A stretch of DNA of 64,000 bases, taken from Paragordius varius. Lineage: Eukaryota > Animalia > Nematomorpha. Within the stretch, counting starts at the first letter, position 1; each line of letters begins with the position of its first letter. The notes beneath the pieces are model-generated. The model saw only the letters and a list, made by a program, of their open reading frames with translations, did not search any database and was not told the origin of the DNA. The position numbers and the translations under genes were made by a program. Location of the stretch: the NCBI GenBank assembly GCA_964247055.1, contig OZ176052.1, positions 13,826,001-13,890,000 of the forward strand. The letters run 5' to 3'. Positions 11,560-25,000 of the stretch are shown here, piece after piece.

Positions 11560-12560
11560 ATTACATTTATACTCCGATCTCGACAATATTTGGGGTGATG
11601 ATGGAACTACCATAGGGCTACCCAAAAAAAATTATGGTGACATCACCTGATCAAATTTGGATTTTAGGTAGCCATTTTTATTTTTAAAATCGTATAAAAT
11701 AAATTTTTTAAATATTTAAAAAATTCATAAAAATTACATTTATACTCCGATCCCCAAAATATTTGGGGTGATGATGGAACTACTATAGGGCTACCCAAAA
11801 AAAATTATGGCGACATCACCTGATCAAATTTGGATTTTAGGTAGCCATTTTTATTTTTAAAATCGTATAAAATAAATTTTTTAAATATTTAAAAAATTCA
11901 TAAAAATTACATTTATACTCCGATCTCGAAAATATTTGGGGTGATGATGAAACTACCATAGGGCTACATTATGGTGACATCACCTGATCAAATTTGGATT
12001 TTAGGTAGCCATTTTTATTTTTAAAATCGTATAAAATAAATTTTTTAAATATTTAAAAAATTCAAAAAAATTACATTTATACTCCGATCTCGACAATATT
12101 TGGGGTGATGATGGAACTACCATAGGGCTACCCAAAAAAATTATGGTGATATCACCTGATCAAATTTGGATTTTAGGTAGCCATTTTTATTTTTAAAATC
12201 GTATAAAATAAATTTTTTAAATATTTAAAAAATTCATAAAAATTACATTTATACTCCGATCCCCAAAATATTTGGGGTGATGATGGAACTACTATAGGGC
12301 TACCCAAAAAAAATTATGGCGACATCACCTGATCAAATTTGGATTTTAGGTAGCCATTTTTATTTTTAAAATCGTATAAAATAAATTTTTTAAATATTTA
12401 AAAAATTCATAAAAATTACATTTATACTCCGATCTCGAAAATATTTGGGGTGATGATGAAACTACCATAGGGCTACATTATGGTGACATCACCTGATCAA
12501 ATTTGGATTTTAGGTAGCCATTTTTATTTTTAAAATCGTATAAAATAAATTTTTTAAATA
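11560..12560. repeat. 3-monomer (509-bp) tandem duplication
   Basis: The 9-bp-deletion marker 'ggctacattatgg' is at 11964 and 12473; 3x173-9-1 = 509. Confidence 0.85.
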
Positions 12561-14199
12561 TTTAAAAAATTCATAAAAATTACATTTATACTCCGATCTC
12601 GAAAATATTTGGGGTGATGATGGAATACCATAGGGCTACCCAAAAAAATTATAGTGACATCACCTGATCAAATTTGGATTTTAGGTAGCCATTTTTATTT
12701 TTAAAATCGTATAAAATAAATTTTTTAAATATTTAAAAAATTCATAAAAATTACATTTATACTCCGATCTCGAAAATATTTGGGGTGATGATGGAACTAC
12801 CATAGGGCTACATAAAAAAAATTATAGTGACATCACCTGATCAAATATGGATTTTAGGTAGCCATTTTTATTTTTAATATCGTATAAAATAAATTTTAAA
12901 TATTTAAAAAATTCATAAAAATTACATTTATACTCCGATCTCGATAATATTTGGGGTGATGATGGAACTAGCATAGGGCTACCCAAAAAAAATTATGGCG
13001 ACATCACTTGATCAAATTTGGATTTTATGTAGCCATTTTTATTTTTAAAATCGTATAAAATAAATTTTTTAAATATTTAAAAAATTCATAAAAATTACAT
13101 TTATAGTCCGATCCCCAAAATATTTGGGGTGATGATGGAACTACCATAGGGCTACCCAAAAAAATTATAGTGACATCACCTGATTAAATTTGGATTTTAG
13201 GTAGCCATTTTTATTTTTAAAATCGTATAAAATAAATTTTTTAAATATTTAAAAAATTCATAAAAATTACATTTATACTCCGATCCCCAAAATATTTGGG
13301 GTGATGATGGAACTACAATAGGGCTACCCAAAAAAATTATAGTGACATCACCTGATCAAATTTGGATTTTAGGTAGCCATTTTTATTTTTAAAATCGTAT
13401 AAAATAAATTTTTTAAATATTTAAAAAATTCATAAAAATTACATTTATAGTCCGATCCCCAAAATATTTGGGGTGATGATGGAACTACCATAGAGCTACC
13501 CAAAAAAAATTATGGTGACATCACCTGATCAAATTTGGATTATAGGTAGCCGTTTTTATTTTTTAAATCGTATAAAATAAATTTTTTAAATATTTAAATA
13601 TTCATAAAAATTACATTTATAGTCCGATCCCCTAAATATTTGGGGTGATGATGGAACTACCATAGGGCTACCCAAAAAAAATTATGGCGACATTACCTGA
13701 TCAAATTTGGATTTTAGGTAGCCATTTTTATTTTTAAAATCGTATAAAATAAATTTTTTAAATATTTAAAAAATTCAAAAAAATTACATTTATACTCCGA
13801 TCTCGACAATATTTGGGGTGATGATGGAATTACCATAGGGCTACCCAAAAAAAATTATGGTGACATCACCTGATCAAATTTGGATTTTAGGTAGCCATTT
13901 TTATTTTTAAAATCGTATAAAATAAATTTTTTAAATATTTAAAAAATTCATAAAAATTACATTTATAGTCCGATCCCCAAAATATTTGGGGTGAGATGGA
14001 ACTACCATAGGGCTACCCAAAAAAAATTATGGCGACATCACCTGATCAAATTTGGATTTTAGGTAGCCATTTTTATTTTTAAAATCGTATAAAATAAATT
14101 TTTTAAATATTTAAAAAATTCATAAAAATTACATTTATACTCCGATCTCGAAAATATTTGGGGTGATGATGGAACTACCATAGGGCTACCCAAAAAAAA

Positions 14200-16040
14200 T
14201 TATAGTGACATCACCTGATCAAATTTGGATTTTAGGTAGCCATTTTTATTTTTAAAATCGTATAAAATAAATTTTTTAAATATTTAAAAAATTCATAAAA
14301 AATACATTTATACTCCGATCTCAAAAATATTTGGGGTTATGATGGAACTACCATAGGGCTACCCAAAAAAAATTATAGTGACATCACCTGATCAAATTTG
14401 GATTTTAGGTAGCCATTTTTATTTTTAAAATCGTATAAAATAAATTTTTTAAATATTTAAAAAATTCATAAAAATTACATTTATAGTCCGATCCCCAAAA
14501 TATTTGGGGTGATGATAGAACTACCATAGGGCTACCCAAAAAAAATTATGGCGACATCACCTGATCAAATTTGGATTTTAGGTAGCCATTTTTATTTTTA
14601 AAATCGTATAAAATAAATTTTTTAAATATTTAAAAAATTCATAAAAATTACATTTATACTCCGATCTCGAAAATATTTGGGGTGATGATGGAACTACCAT
14701 AGGGCTACCCAAAAAAAATTATGGTGACATCACCTGATCAAATTTGGATTTTAGGTAGCCATTTTTATTTTTAAAATCGTATAAAATAAATTTTTTAAAT
14801 AAAAATTACATTTATAATCCGATCTCGACAATATTTGGGGTGATGATGGAACTACCATAGGGCTACCCAAAAAAAATTATGGTGACATCACCTGATCAAA
14901 TTTGGATTTTAGGTAGCCATTTTTATTTTTAAAATCGTATAAAATAAATTTTTTAAATATTTAAAAAATTCATAAAAATTACATTTATACTCCGATCTCG
15001 AAAATATTTGGGGTGATGATGGAACTACCATAGGGCTACCCAAAAAAATTATAGTGACATCACCTGATCAAATTTGGATTTTAGGTAGCCATTTTTATTT
15101 TTAAAATCGTATAAAATAAATTTTTTAAATATTTAAAAAATTCATAAAAATTACATTTATACTCCGATCTCGAAAATATTTGGGGTGATGATGGAACTAC
15201 CATAGGGCTACCCAAAAAAATTATAGTGACATCACCTGATCAAATTTGGATTTTAGGTAGCCATTTTTATTTTTAAAATCGTATAAAATAAATTTTTTAA
15301 ATATTTAAAAAATTCATAAAAAATACATTTATACTCCGATCTCGAAAATATTTGGGGTGATGATGGAACTACCATAGGGCTACCCAAAAAAAATTATAGT
15401 GACATCACCTGATCAAATTTGGATTTTAGGTAGCCATTTTTATTTTTAAAATCGTATAAAATAAATTTTTTAAATATTTAAAAAATTCATAAAAATTACA
15501 TTTATAGTCCGATCCCCAAAATATTTGGGGTGATGATAGAACTACCATAGGGCTACCCAAAAAAAATTATGGCGACATCACCTGATCAAATTTGGATTTT
15601 AGGTAGCCATTTTTATTTTTAAAATCGTATAAAATAAATTTTTTAAATATTTAAAAAATTCATAAAAATTACATTTATACTCCGATCTCGAAAATATTTG
15701 GGGTGATGATGGAACTACCATAGGGCTACCCAAAAAAAATTATGGTGACATCACCTGATCAAATTTGGATTTTAGGTAGCCATTTTTATTTTTAAAATCG
15801 TATAAAATAAATTTTTTAAATAAAAATTACATTTATAATCCGATCTCGACAATATTTGGGGTGATGATGGAACTACCATAGGGCTACCCAAAAAAAATTA
15901 TGGTGACATCACCTGATCAAATTTGGATTTTAGGTAGCCATTTTTATTTTTAAAATCGTATAAAATAAATTTTTTAAATATTTAAAAAATTCATAAAAAT
16001 TACATTTATACTCCGATCTCGAAAATATTTGGGGTGATGA
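14200..16040. repeat. 6-monomer (1,021-bp) tandem duplication carrying a 15-bp deletion
   Basis: Markers: gatgataga 14517/15538, aaaaatacattt 14302/15323, and the 15-bp deletion at ~14800/~15820. 6x173-15-2 = 1,021. Confidence 0.9.
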
Positions 16041-16729
16041 TGGAACTATACCATAGGGCTACCCAAAAAAAATTTATGGCGACATCACCTGATCAATTTG
16101 GATTTTAGGTAGCCATTTTTATTTTTAAAATCGTATAAAATAAATTTTTTAAATATTTAAAAAATTCATAAAAATTACATTTATACTCCGATCCCCAAAA
16201 TATTTTTGGCGATGATGGAACTACTATAGGGCTACCCAAAAAAAATTTTGGCGACATCATCTGATCAAATTTGGATTTTAGGTAGCCATTTTTATTTTTA
16301 AAATCGTATAAAATAATTTTTTTAAATATTTAAAAAATTCATAAAAATTACATTTATAGTCCGATCCCCAAAATATTTGGGGTGATGATGGAACTACCAT
16401 AGGGCTACCCAAAAAAATTATAGTGACATCACCTGATCAAATTTGGATTTTAGGTAGCCATTTTTATTTTTAAAATCGTATAAAATAAATTTTTTAAATA
16501 TTTAAAAAATTCATAAAAATTACATTTATACTCCGATCTCGAAAATATTTGGGGTGATGATGGAACTACCATAGGGCTACCCAAAAAAAATTATGGTGAC
16601 ATCACCTGATCAAATTTGGATTTTAGGTAGCCATTTTTATTTTTAAAATCGTATAAAATAAATTTTTTAAATATTTAAAAAATTCATAAATATTACATTT
16701 ATAGTCCGATCCCCAAAATATTTGGGGTG

Positions 16730-19610
16730 ATGATGGAACTACCATAGGGCTACCCAAAAAAAATTATGGCGACATCACCTGATCAAATTTGGATTTTAGG
16801 TAGCCATTTTTATTTTTAAAATCGTATAAAATAAATTTTTTAAATATTTGAAAAATTCAAAAAAATTACATTTATACTCCGATCTCGACAATATTTGGGG
16901 TGACGATGGAACTACCATAGGGCTACCCAAAAAAAATTATGGTGACATCACCTGATCAAATTTGGATTTTAGGTAGCCATTTTTATTTTTAAAATCGTAT
17001 AAAATAAATTTTTTAAATATTTAAAAAATTCATAAAAATTACATTTATACTCCGATCCCCAAAATATTTGGGGTGATGATGGAACTACCATATGGCTACC
17101 CAAAAAAATTATAGTGACATCACCTGATCAAATTTGGATTTTAGGTAGCCATTTTTATTTTTAAAATCGTATAAAATAAATTTTTTAAATATTTAAAAAA
17201 TTCATAAAAATTACATTTATAGTCCGATCCCCAAAATATTCGGGGTGATGATGGAACTACCATAGGGCTACCCAAAAAAAATTATGGCGACATCACCTGA
17301 TCAAATTTGGATTTTAGGTAGCCATTTTTATTTTTAAAATCGTATAAAATAAATTTTTTAAATATTTAAAAAATTCAAAAAAATTACATTTATACTCCGA
17401 TCTCGACAATATTTGGGTTGATGATGGAACTACCATAGGGCTACCCAAAAAAAATTATGGTGACATCACCTGATCAAATTTGGATTTAGGTAGCCATTTT
17501 TATTTTTAAAATCGTATAAAATAAATTTTTTAAATATTTAAAAAATTCATAAAAATTACATTTATACTCCGATCCCCAAAATATTTTTGGTGATGATGGA
17601 ACTACTATAGGGCTACCCAAAAAAAATTTTGGCGACATCATCTGATCAAATTTGGATTTTAGGTAGCCATTTTTATTTTTAAAATCGTATAAAATAAATT
17701 TTTTAAATATTTAAAAAATTCATAAAAATTACATTTATAGTCCGATCCCCAAAATATTTGGGGTGATGATGGAACTACCATAGGGCTACCCAAAAAAAAT
17801 TATGGCGACATCACCTGATCAAATTTGGATTTTAGGTAGCCATTTTTATTTTTAAAATCGTATAAAATAAATTTTTTAAATATTTAAAAAATTCAAAAAA
17901 ATTACATTTATACTCCGATCTCGACAATATTTGGGGTGATGATGGAACTACCATAGGGCTACCCAAAAAAAATTATGGTGACATCACCTGATCAAATTTG
18001 GATTTTAGGTAGCCATTTTTATTTTTAAAATCGTATAAAATAAATTTTTTAAATATTTAAAAAATTCATAAAAATTACATTTATAGTCCGATCCCCAAAA
18101 TATTCGGGGTGATGATGGAACTACCATAGGGCTACCCAAAAAAAATTATGGCGACATCACCTGATCAAATTTGGATTTTAGGTAGCCATTTTTATTTTTA
18201 AAATCGTATAAAATAAATTTTTTAAATATTTGAAAAATTCAAAAAAATTACATTTATACTCCGATCTCGACAATATTTGGGGTGACGATGGAACTACCAT
18301 AGGGCTACCCAAAAAAAATTATGGTGACATCACCTGATCAAATTTGGATTTTAGGTAGCCATTTTTATTTTTAAAATCGTATAAAATAAATTTTTTAAAT
18401 ATTTAAAAAATTCATAAAAATTACATTTATACTCCGATCCCCAAAATATTTGGGGTGATGATGGAACTACCATATGGCTACCCAAAAAAATTATAGTGAC
18501 ATCACCTGATCAAATTTGGATTTTAGGTAGCCATTTTTATTTTTAAAATCGTATAAAATAAATTTTTTAAATATTTAAAAAATTCATAAAAATTACATTT
18601 ATAGTCCGATCCCCAAAATATTCGGGGTGATGATGGAACTACCATAGGGCTACCCAAAAAAAATTATGGCGACATCACCTGATCAAATTTGGATTTTAGG
18701 TAGCCATTTTTATTTTTAAAATCGTATAAAATAAATTTTTTAAATATTTAAAAAATTCAAAAAAATTACATTTATACTCCGATCTCGACAATATTTGGGT
18801 TGATGATGGAACTACCATAGGGCTACCCAAAAAAAATTATGGTGACATCACCTGATCAAATTTGGATTTTAGGTAGCCATTTTTATTTTTAAAATCGTAT
18901 AAAATAAATTTTTTAAATATTTAAAAAATTCATAAAAATTACATTTATACTCCGATCCCCAAAATATTTTTGGTGATGATGGAACTACTATAGGGCTACC
19001 CAAAAAAAATTTTGGCGACATCATCTGATCAAATTTGGATTTTAGGTAGCCATTTTTATTTTTAAAATCGTATAAAATAAATTTTTTAAATATTTAAAAA
19101 ATTCATAAAAATTACATTTATAGTCCGATCCCCAAAATATTTGGGGTGATGATGGAACTACCATAGGGCTACCCAAAAAAAATTATGGCGACATCACCTG
19201 ATCAAATTTGGATTTTAGGTAGCCATTTTTATTTTTAAAATCGTATAAAATAAATTTTTTAAATATTTAAAAAATTCAAAAAAATTACATTTATACTCCG
19301 ATCTCGACAATATTTGGGGTGATGATGGAACTACCATAGCGCTACCCAAAAAAAATTATGGTGACATCACCTGATCAAATTTGGATTTTAGGTAGCCATT
19401 TTTATTTTTAAAATCGTATAAAATAAATTTTTTAAATATTTAAAAAATTCATAAAAATTACATTTATAGTCCGATCCCCAAAATATTCGGGGTGATGATG
19501 GAACTACCATAGGGCTACCCAAAAAAAATTATGGCGACATCACCTGATCAAATTTGGATTTTAGGTAGCCATTTTTATTTTTAAAATCGTATAAAATAAA
19601 TTTTTTAAAT
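16730..19610. repeat. 8-monomer (1,382-1,383-bp) tandem duplication, overlapping a 5-monomer (864-865-bp) periodicity
   Basis: Markers: atttgaaaa 16850/18232; attcgg at 17241, 18105, 18623 and 19488; gacgat, gggttgat and atatttttgg in the same order in both copies. Confidence 0.88.
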
Positions 19611-22600
19611 ATTTAAAAAATTCAAAAAAATTACATTTATACTCCGATCTCGACAATATTTGGGTTGATGATGGAACTACCATAGGGCTACCCAAAAAAA
19701 ATTATGGTGACATCACCTGATCAAATTTGGATTTTAGGTAGCCATTTTTATTTTTAAAATCGTATAAAATAAATTTTTTAAATATTTAAAAAATTCATAA
19801 AAATTACATTTATACTCCGATCCCCAAAATATTTTTGGTGATGATGGAACTACTATAGGGCTACCCAAAAAAAATTTTGGCGACATCATCTGATCAAATT
19901 TGGATTTTAGGTAGCCATTTTTATTTTTAAAATCGTATAAAATAAATTTTTTAAATATTTAAAAAATTCATAAAAATTACATTTATAGTCCGATCCCCAA
20001 AATATTTGGGGTGATGATGGAACTACCATAGGGCTACCCAAAAAAATTATAGTGACATCACCTGATCAAATTTGGATTTTAGGTAGCCATTTTTATTTTT
20101 AAAATCGTATAAAATAAATTTTTTAAATATTTAAAAAATTCATAAAAATTACATTTATACTCCGATCCCCAAAATATTTTTGGTGATGATGGAACTACTA
20201 TAGGGCTACCCAAAAAATTTTGGCGACATCATCTGATCAAATTTGGATTTTAGGTAGCCATTTTTATTTTTAAAATCGTATAAAATAAATTTTTTAAATA
20301 TTTAAAAAATTCATAAAAATTACATTTATAGTCCGATCCCCAAAATATTTGGGGTGATGATGGAACTACCATAGGGCTACCCAAAAAAATTATAGTGACA
20401 TCACCTGATCAAATTTGGATTTTAGGTAGCCATTTTTATTTTTAAAATCGTATAAAATAAATTTTTTAAATATTTAAAAAATTCATAAAAATTACATTTA
20501 TACTCCGATCTCGAAAATATTTGGGGTGATGATGGAACTACCATAGGGCTACCTAAAAAAAATTATGGCGACATCACCTGATCAAATTTGGATTTTAGGT
20601 AGCCATTTTTATTTTTAAAATCGTATAAAATAAATTTTTTAAATATTTAAAAAATTCAAAAAAATTACATTTATACTCCGATCTCGACAATATTTGGGGT
20701 GATGATGGAACTACCATAGGGCTACCCAAAAAAAATTATGGTGACATCACCTGATCAAATTTGGATTTTAGGTAGCCATTTTTATTTTTAAAATCGTATA
20801 AAATAAATTTTTTAAATATTTAAAAAATTCATAAAAATTACATTTATACTCCGATCCCCAAAATATTTGGGGTGAGGATGGAACTACCATATGGCTACCC
20901 AAAAAAATTATAGTGACATCACCTGATCAAATTTGGATTTTAGGTAGCCATTTTTATTTTTAAAATCGTATAAAATAAATTTTTTAAATATTTAAAAAAT
21001 TCATAAAAATTACATTTATACTCCGATCTCGAAAATATTTGGGGTGATGATGGAACTACCATAGGGCTACCCAAAAAAAGTTATGGCGACATCACCTGAT
21101 CAAATTTGGATTTTAGGTAGCCATTTTTATTTTTAAAATCGTATAAAATAAATTTTTTAAATATTTAAAAAATTCAAAAAAATTACATTTATACTCCGAT
21201 CTCGACAATATTTGGGTTGATGATGGAACTACCATAGGGCTACCCAAAAAAAATTATGGTGACATCACCTGATCAAATTTGGATTTTAGGTAGTCATTTT
21301 TATTTTTAAAATCGTATAAAATAAATTTTTTAAATATTTAAAAAATTCATAAAAATTACATTTATACTCCGATCCCCAAAATATTTTTGGTGATGATGGA
21401 ACTACTATAGGGCTACCCAAAAAAAATTTTGGCGACATCATCTGATCAAATTTGGATTTTAGGTAGCCATTTTTATTTTTAAAATCGTATAAAATAAATT
21501 TTTTAAATATTTAAAAAATTCAAAAAAATTACATTTATACTCCGATCTCGACAATATTTGGGTTGATGATGGAACTACCATAGGGCTACCCAAAAAAATT
21601 ATAGTGACATCACCTGATCAAATTTGGATTTTAGGTAGCCATTTTTATTTTTAAAATCGTATAAAATAAATTTTTTAAATATTTAAAAAATTCATAAAAA
21701 TTACATTTATACTCCGATCTCGAAAATATTTGGGGTGATGATGGAACTACCATAGGGCTACCCAAAAAAAATTATGGTGACATCACCTGATCAAATTTGG
21801 ATTTTAGGTAGCCATTTTTATTTTTAAAATCGTATAAAATAAATTTTTTAAATATTTAAAAAATTCATAAATATTACATTTATAGTCCGATCCCCAAAAT
21901 ATTTGGGGTGATGATGGAACTACCATAGGGCTACCCAAAAAAAATTATGGCAACATCACCTGATCAAATTTGGATTTTAGGTAGCCATTTTTATTTTTAA
22001 AATCGTATAAAATAAATTTTTTAAATATTTAAAAAATTCAAAAAAATTACATTTATACTCCGATCTCGACAATATTTGGGGTGATGATGGAACTACCATA
22101 GGGCTACCCAAAAAAAATTATGGCGACATCACCTGATCAAATTTGGATTTTAGGTAGCCATTTTTATTTTTAAAATCGTATAAAATAAATTTTTTAAATA
22201 TTTAAAAAATTCATAAAAATTACATTTATACTCCGATCCCCAAAATATTTGGGGTGATGATGGAACTACCATATGGCTACCCAAAAAAATTATAGTGACA
22301 TCACCTGATCAAATTTGGATTTTAGGTAGCCATTTTTATTTTTAAAATCGTATAAAATAAATTTTTTAAATATTTAAAAAATTCATAAAAATTACATTTA
22401 TACTCCGATCTCGAAAATATTTGGGGTGATGATGGAACTACCATAGGGCTACCCAAAAAAAATTATGGTGACATCACCTGATCAAATTTGGATTTTAGGT
22501 AGCCATTTTTATTTTTAAAATCGTATAAAATAAATTTTTTAAATATTTAAAAAATTCATAAAAATTACATTTATAGTCCGATCCCCAAAATATTTGGGGT

Positions 22601-22749
22601 GATGATGGAACTACCATAGGGCTACCCAAAAAAAAATATGGCGACATCACCTGATCAAATTTGGATTTTAGGTAGCCATTTTTATTTTTAAAATCGTATA
22701 AAATAAATTTTTTAAATATTTAAAAAATTCATAAAAATTACATTTATAG

Positions 22750-25000
22750 TCCGATCCCCAAAATATTTGGGGTGATGATGGAACTACCATAGGGCTACCC
22801 AAAAAAATTATAGTGACATCACCTGATCAAATTTGGATTTTAGGTAGCCATTTTTATTTTTAAAATCGTATAAAATAAATTTTTTAAATATTTAAAAAAT
22901 TCATAAAAATTACATTTATACTCCGATCTCGAAAATATTTGGGGTGATGATGGAACTACCATAGGGCTACCCAAAAAAAATTATGGTGACATCACCTGAT
23001 CAAATTTGGATTTTAGGTAGCCATTTTTATTTTTAAAATCGTATAAAATAAATTTTTTAAATATTTAAAAAATTCATAAAAATTACATTTATAGTCCGAT
23101 CCCCAAAATATTTGGGGTGATGATGGAACTACCATAGGGCTTCCCAAAAAAAATTATGGCGACATCACCTGATCAAATTTGGATTTTAGGTAGCCATTTT
23201 TATTTTTAAAATCGTATAAAATAAATTTTTTAAATATTTAAAAAATTCATAAAAATTACATTTATTGTCCGATCCCCAAAATATTTGGGGTGATGATGGA
23301 ACTACCATAGGGCTACCCAAAAAAATTATAGTGACATCACCTGATCAAATTTGGATTTTAGGTAGCCATTTTTATTTTTAAAATCGTATAAAATAAATTT
23401 TTTAAATAAAAAATTCATAAAAATTACATTTATAGTCCGATCCCCAAAATATTTGGGGTGATGATGGAACTACTATAGGGCTACCTAAAAAAAATTATGG
23501 CGACATCACCTGATCAAATTTGGATTTTAGGTAGCCATTTTTATTTTTAAAATCGTATAAAATAAATTTTTTAAATATTTAAAAAATTCATAAAAATTAC
23601 ATTTATAGTCCGATCCCCAAAATATTTGGGGTGATGATGGAACTACCATAGGGCTACCCAAAAAAAAATATGGCGACATCACCTGATCAAATTTGGATTT
23701 TAGGTAGCCATTTTTATTTTTAAAATCGTATAAAATAAATTTTTTAAATATTTAAAAAATTCATAAAAATTACATTTATAGTCCGATCCCCAAAATATTT
23801 GGGGTGATGATGGAACTACCATAGGGCTACCCAAAAAAAAATATGGCGACATCACCTGATGAAATTTGGATTTTAGGTAGCCATTTTTATTTTTAAAATC
23901 GTATAAAATAAATTTTTTAAATATTTAAAAAATTCATAAAAATTACATTTATAGTCCGATCCCCAAAATATTTGGGGTGATGATGGAACTACCATAGGGC
24001 TACCCAAAAAAATTATAGTGACATCACCTGATCAAATTTGGATTTTAGGTAGCCATTTTTATTTTTAAAATCGTATAAAATAAATTTTTTAAATATTTAA
24101 AAAATTCATAAAAATTACATTTATAGTCCGATCCCCAAAATATTTGGGGTGATGATGGAACTACCATAGGGCTACCCAAAAAAATTATAGTGACATCACC
24201 TGATCAAATTTGGATTTTAGGTAGCCATTTTTATTTTTAAAATCGTATAAAATAAATTTTTTAAATATTTAAAAAATTCATAAAAATTACATTTATACTC
24301 CGATCTCGAAAATATTTGGGGTGATGATGGAACTACCATAGGGCTACCCAAAAAAAATTATGGTGACATCACCTGATCAAATTTGGATTTTAGGTAGCCA
24401 TTTTTATTTTTAAAATCGTATAAAATAAATTTTTTAAATATTTAAAAAATTCATAAAAATTACATTTATAGTCCGATCCCCAAAATATTTGGGGTGATGA
24501 TGGAACTACCATAGGGCTACCCAAAAAAAATTATGGCGACATCACCTGATCAAATTTGGATTTTAGGTAGCCATTTTTATTTTTAAAATCGTATAAAATA
24601 AATTTTTTAAATATTTAAAAAATTCATAAAAATTACATTTATTGTCCGATCCCCAAAATAATTGGGGTGATGATGGAACTACCATAGGGCTACCCAAAAA
24701 AATTATAGTGACATCACCTGATCAAATTTGGATTTTAGGTAGCCATTTTTATTTTTAAAATCGTATAAAATAAATTTTTTAAATAAAAAATTCATAAAAA
24801 TTACATTTATAGTCCGATCCCCAAAATATTTGGGGTGATGATGGAACTACTATAGGGCTACCTAAAAAAAATTATGGCGACATCACCTGATCAAATTTGG
24901 ATTTTAGGTAGCCATTTTTATTTTTAAAATCGTGTAAAATAAATTTTTTAAATATTTAAAAAATTCATAAAAATTACATTTATAGTCCGATCCCCAAAAT
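22750..25000. repeat. Repeat of a 5-6-monomer block at an 8-monomer offset (1,377 bp)
   Basis: The marker tattgtcc is at 23266 and 24643. In both copies it is followed by A7, the 4-bp palindrome deletion and the cctaaaa monomer. Confidence 0.8.

Larger units (their letters stand above)
2750..14000. repeat. Left member of a long-range collinear homology with ~47,100-57,100
   Basis: Ordered rare markers match: gtagaaa 4439/48671 (offset 44,232); cgtttaa ~5662/50581 and catttga 6301/51220 (44,919); tttgattt 6834/51926 (45,092); ctacatta 9555/54651 and ggaatacc 10051/55147 (45,096); ctcgataat 12941/55464 (42,523); ggaattacc 13821/56861 (43,040). The offset steps correspond to whole-monomer gains and losses. 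Confidence 0.85.

Noticed and set aside
13821-13835. Variant tggaattacc is complementary to a conserved 18S rRNA segment (GGTAATTCCA)
   Set aside because: It is only 10 nt, occurs in three copies of a rare variant, and is not positioned upstream of a D or D' box. It is probably chance.
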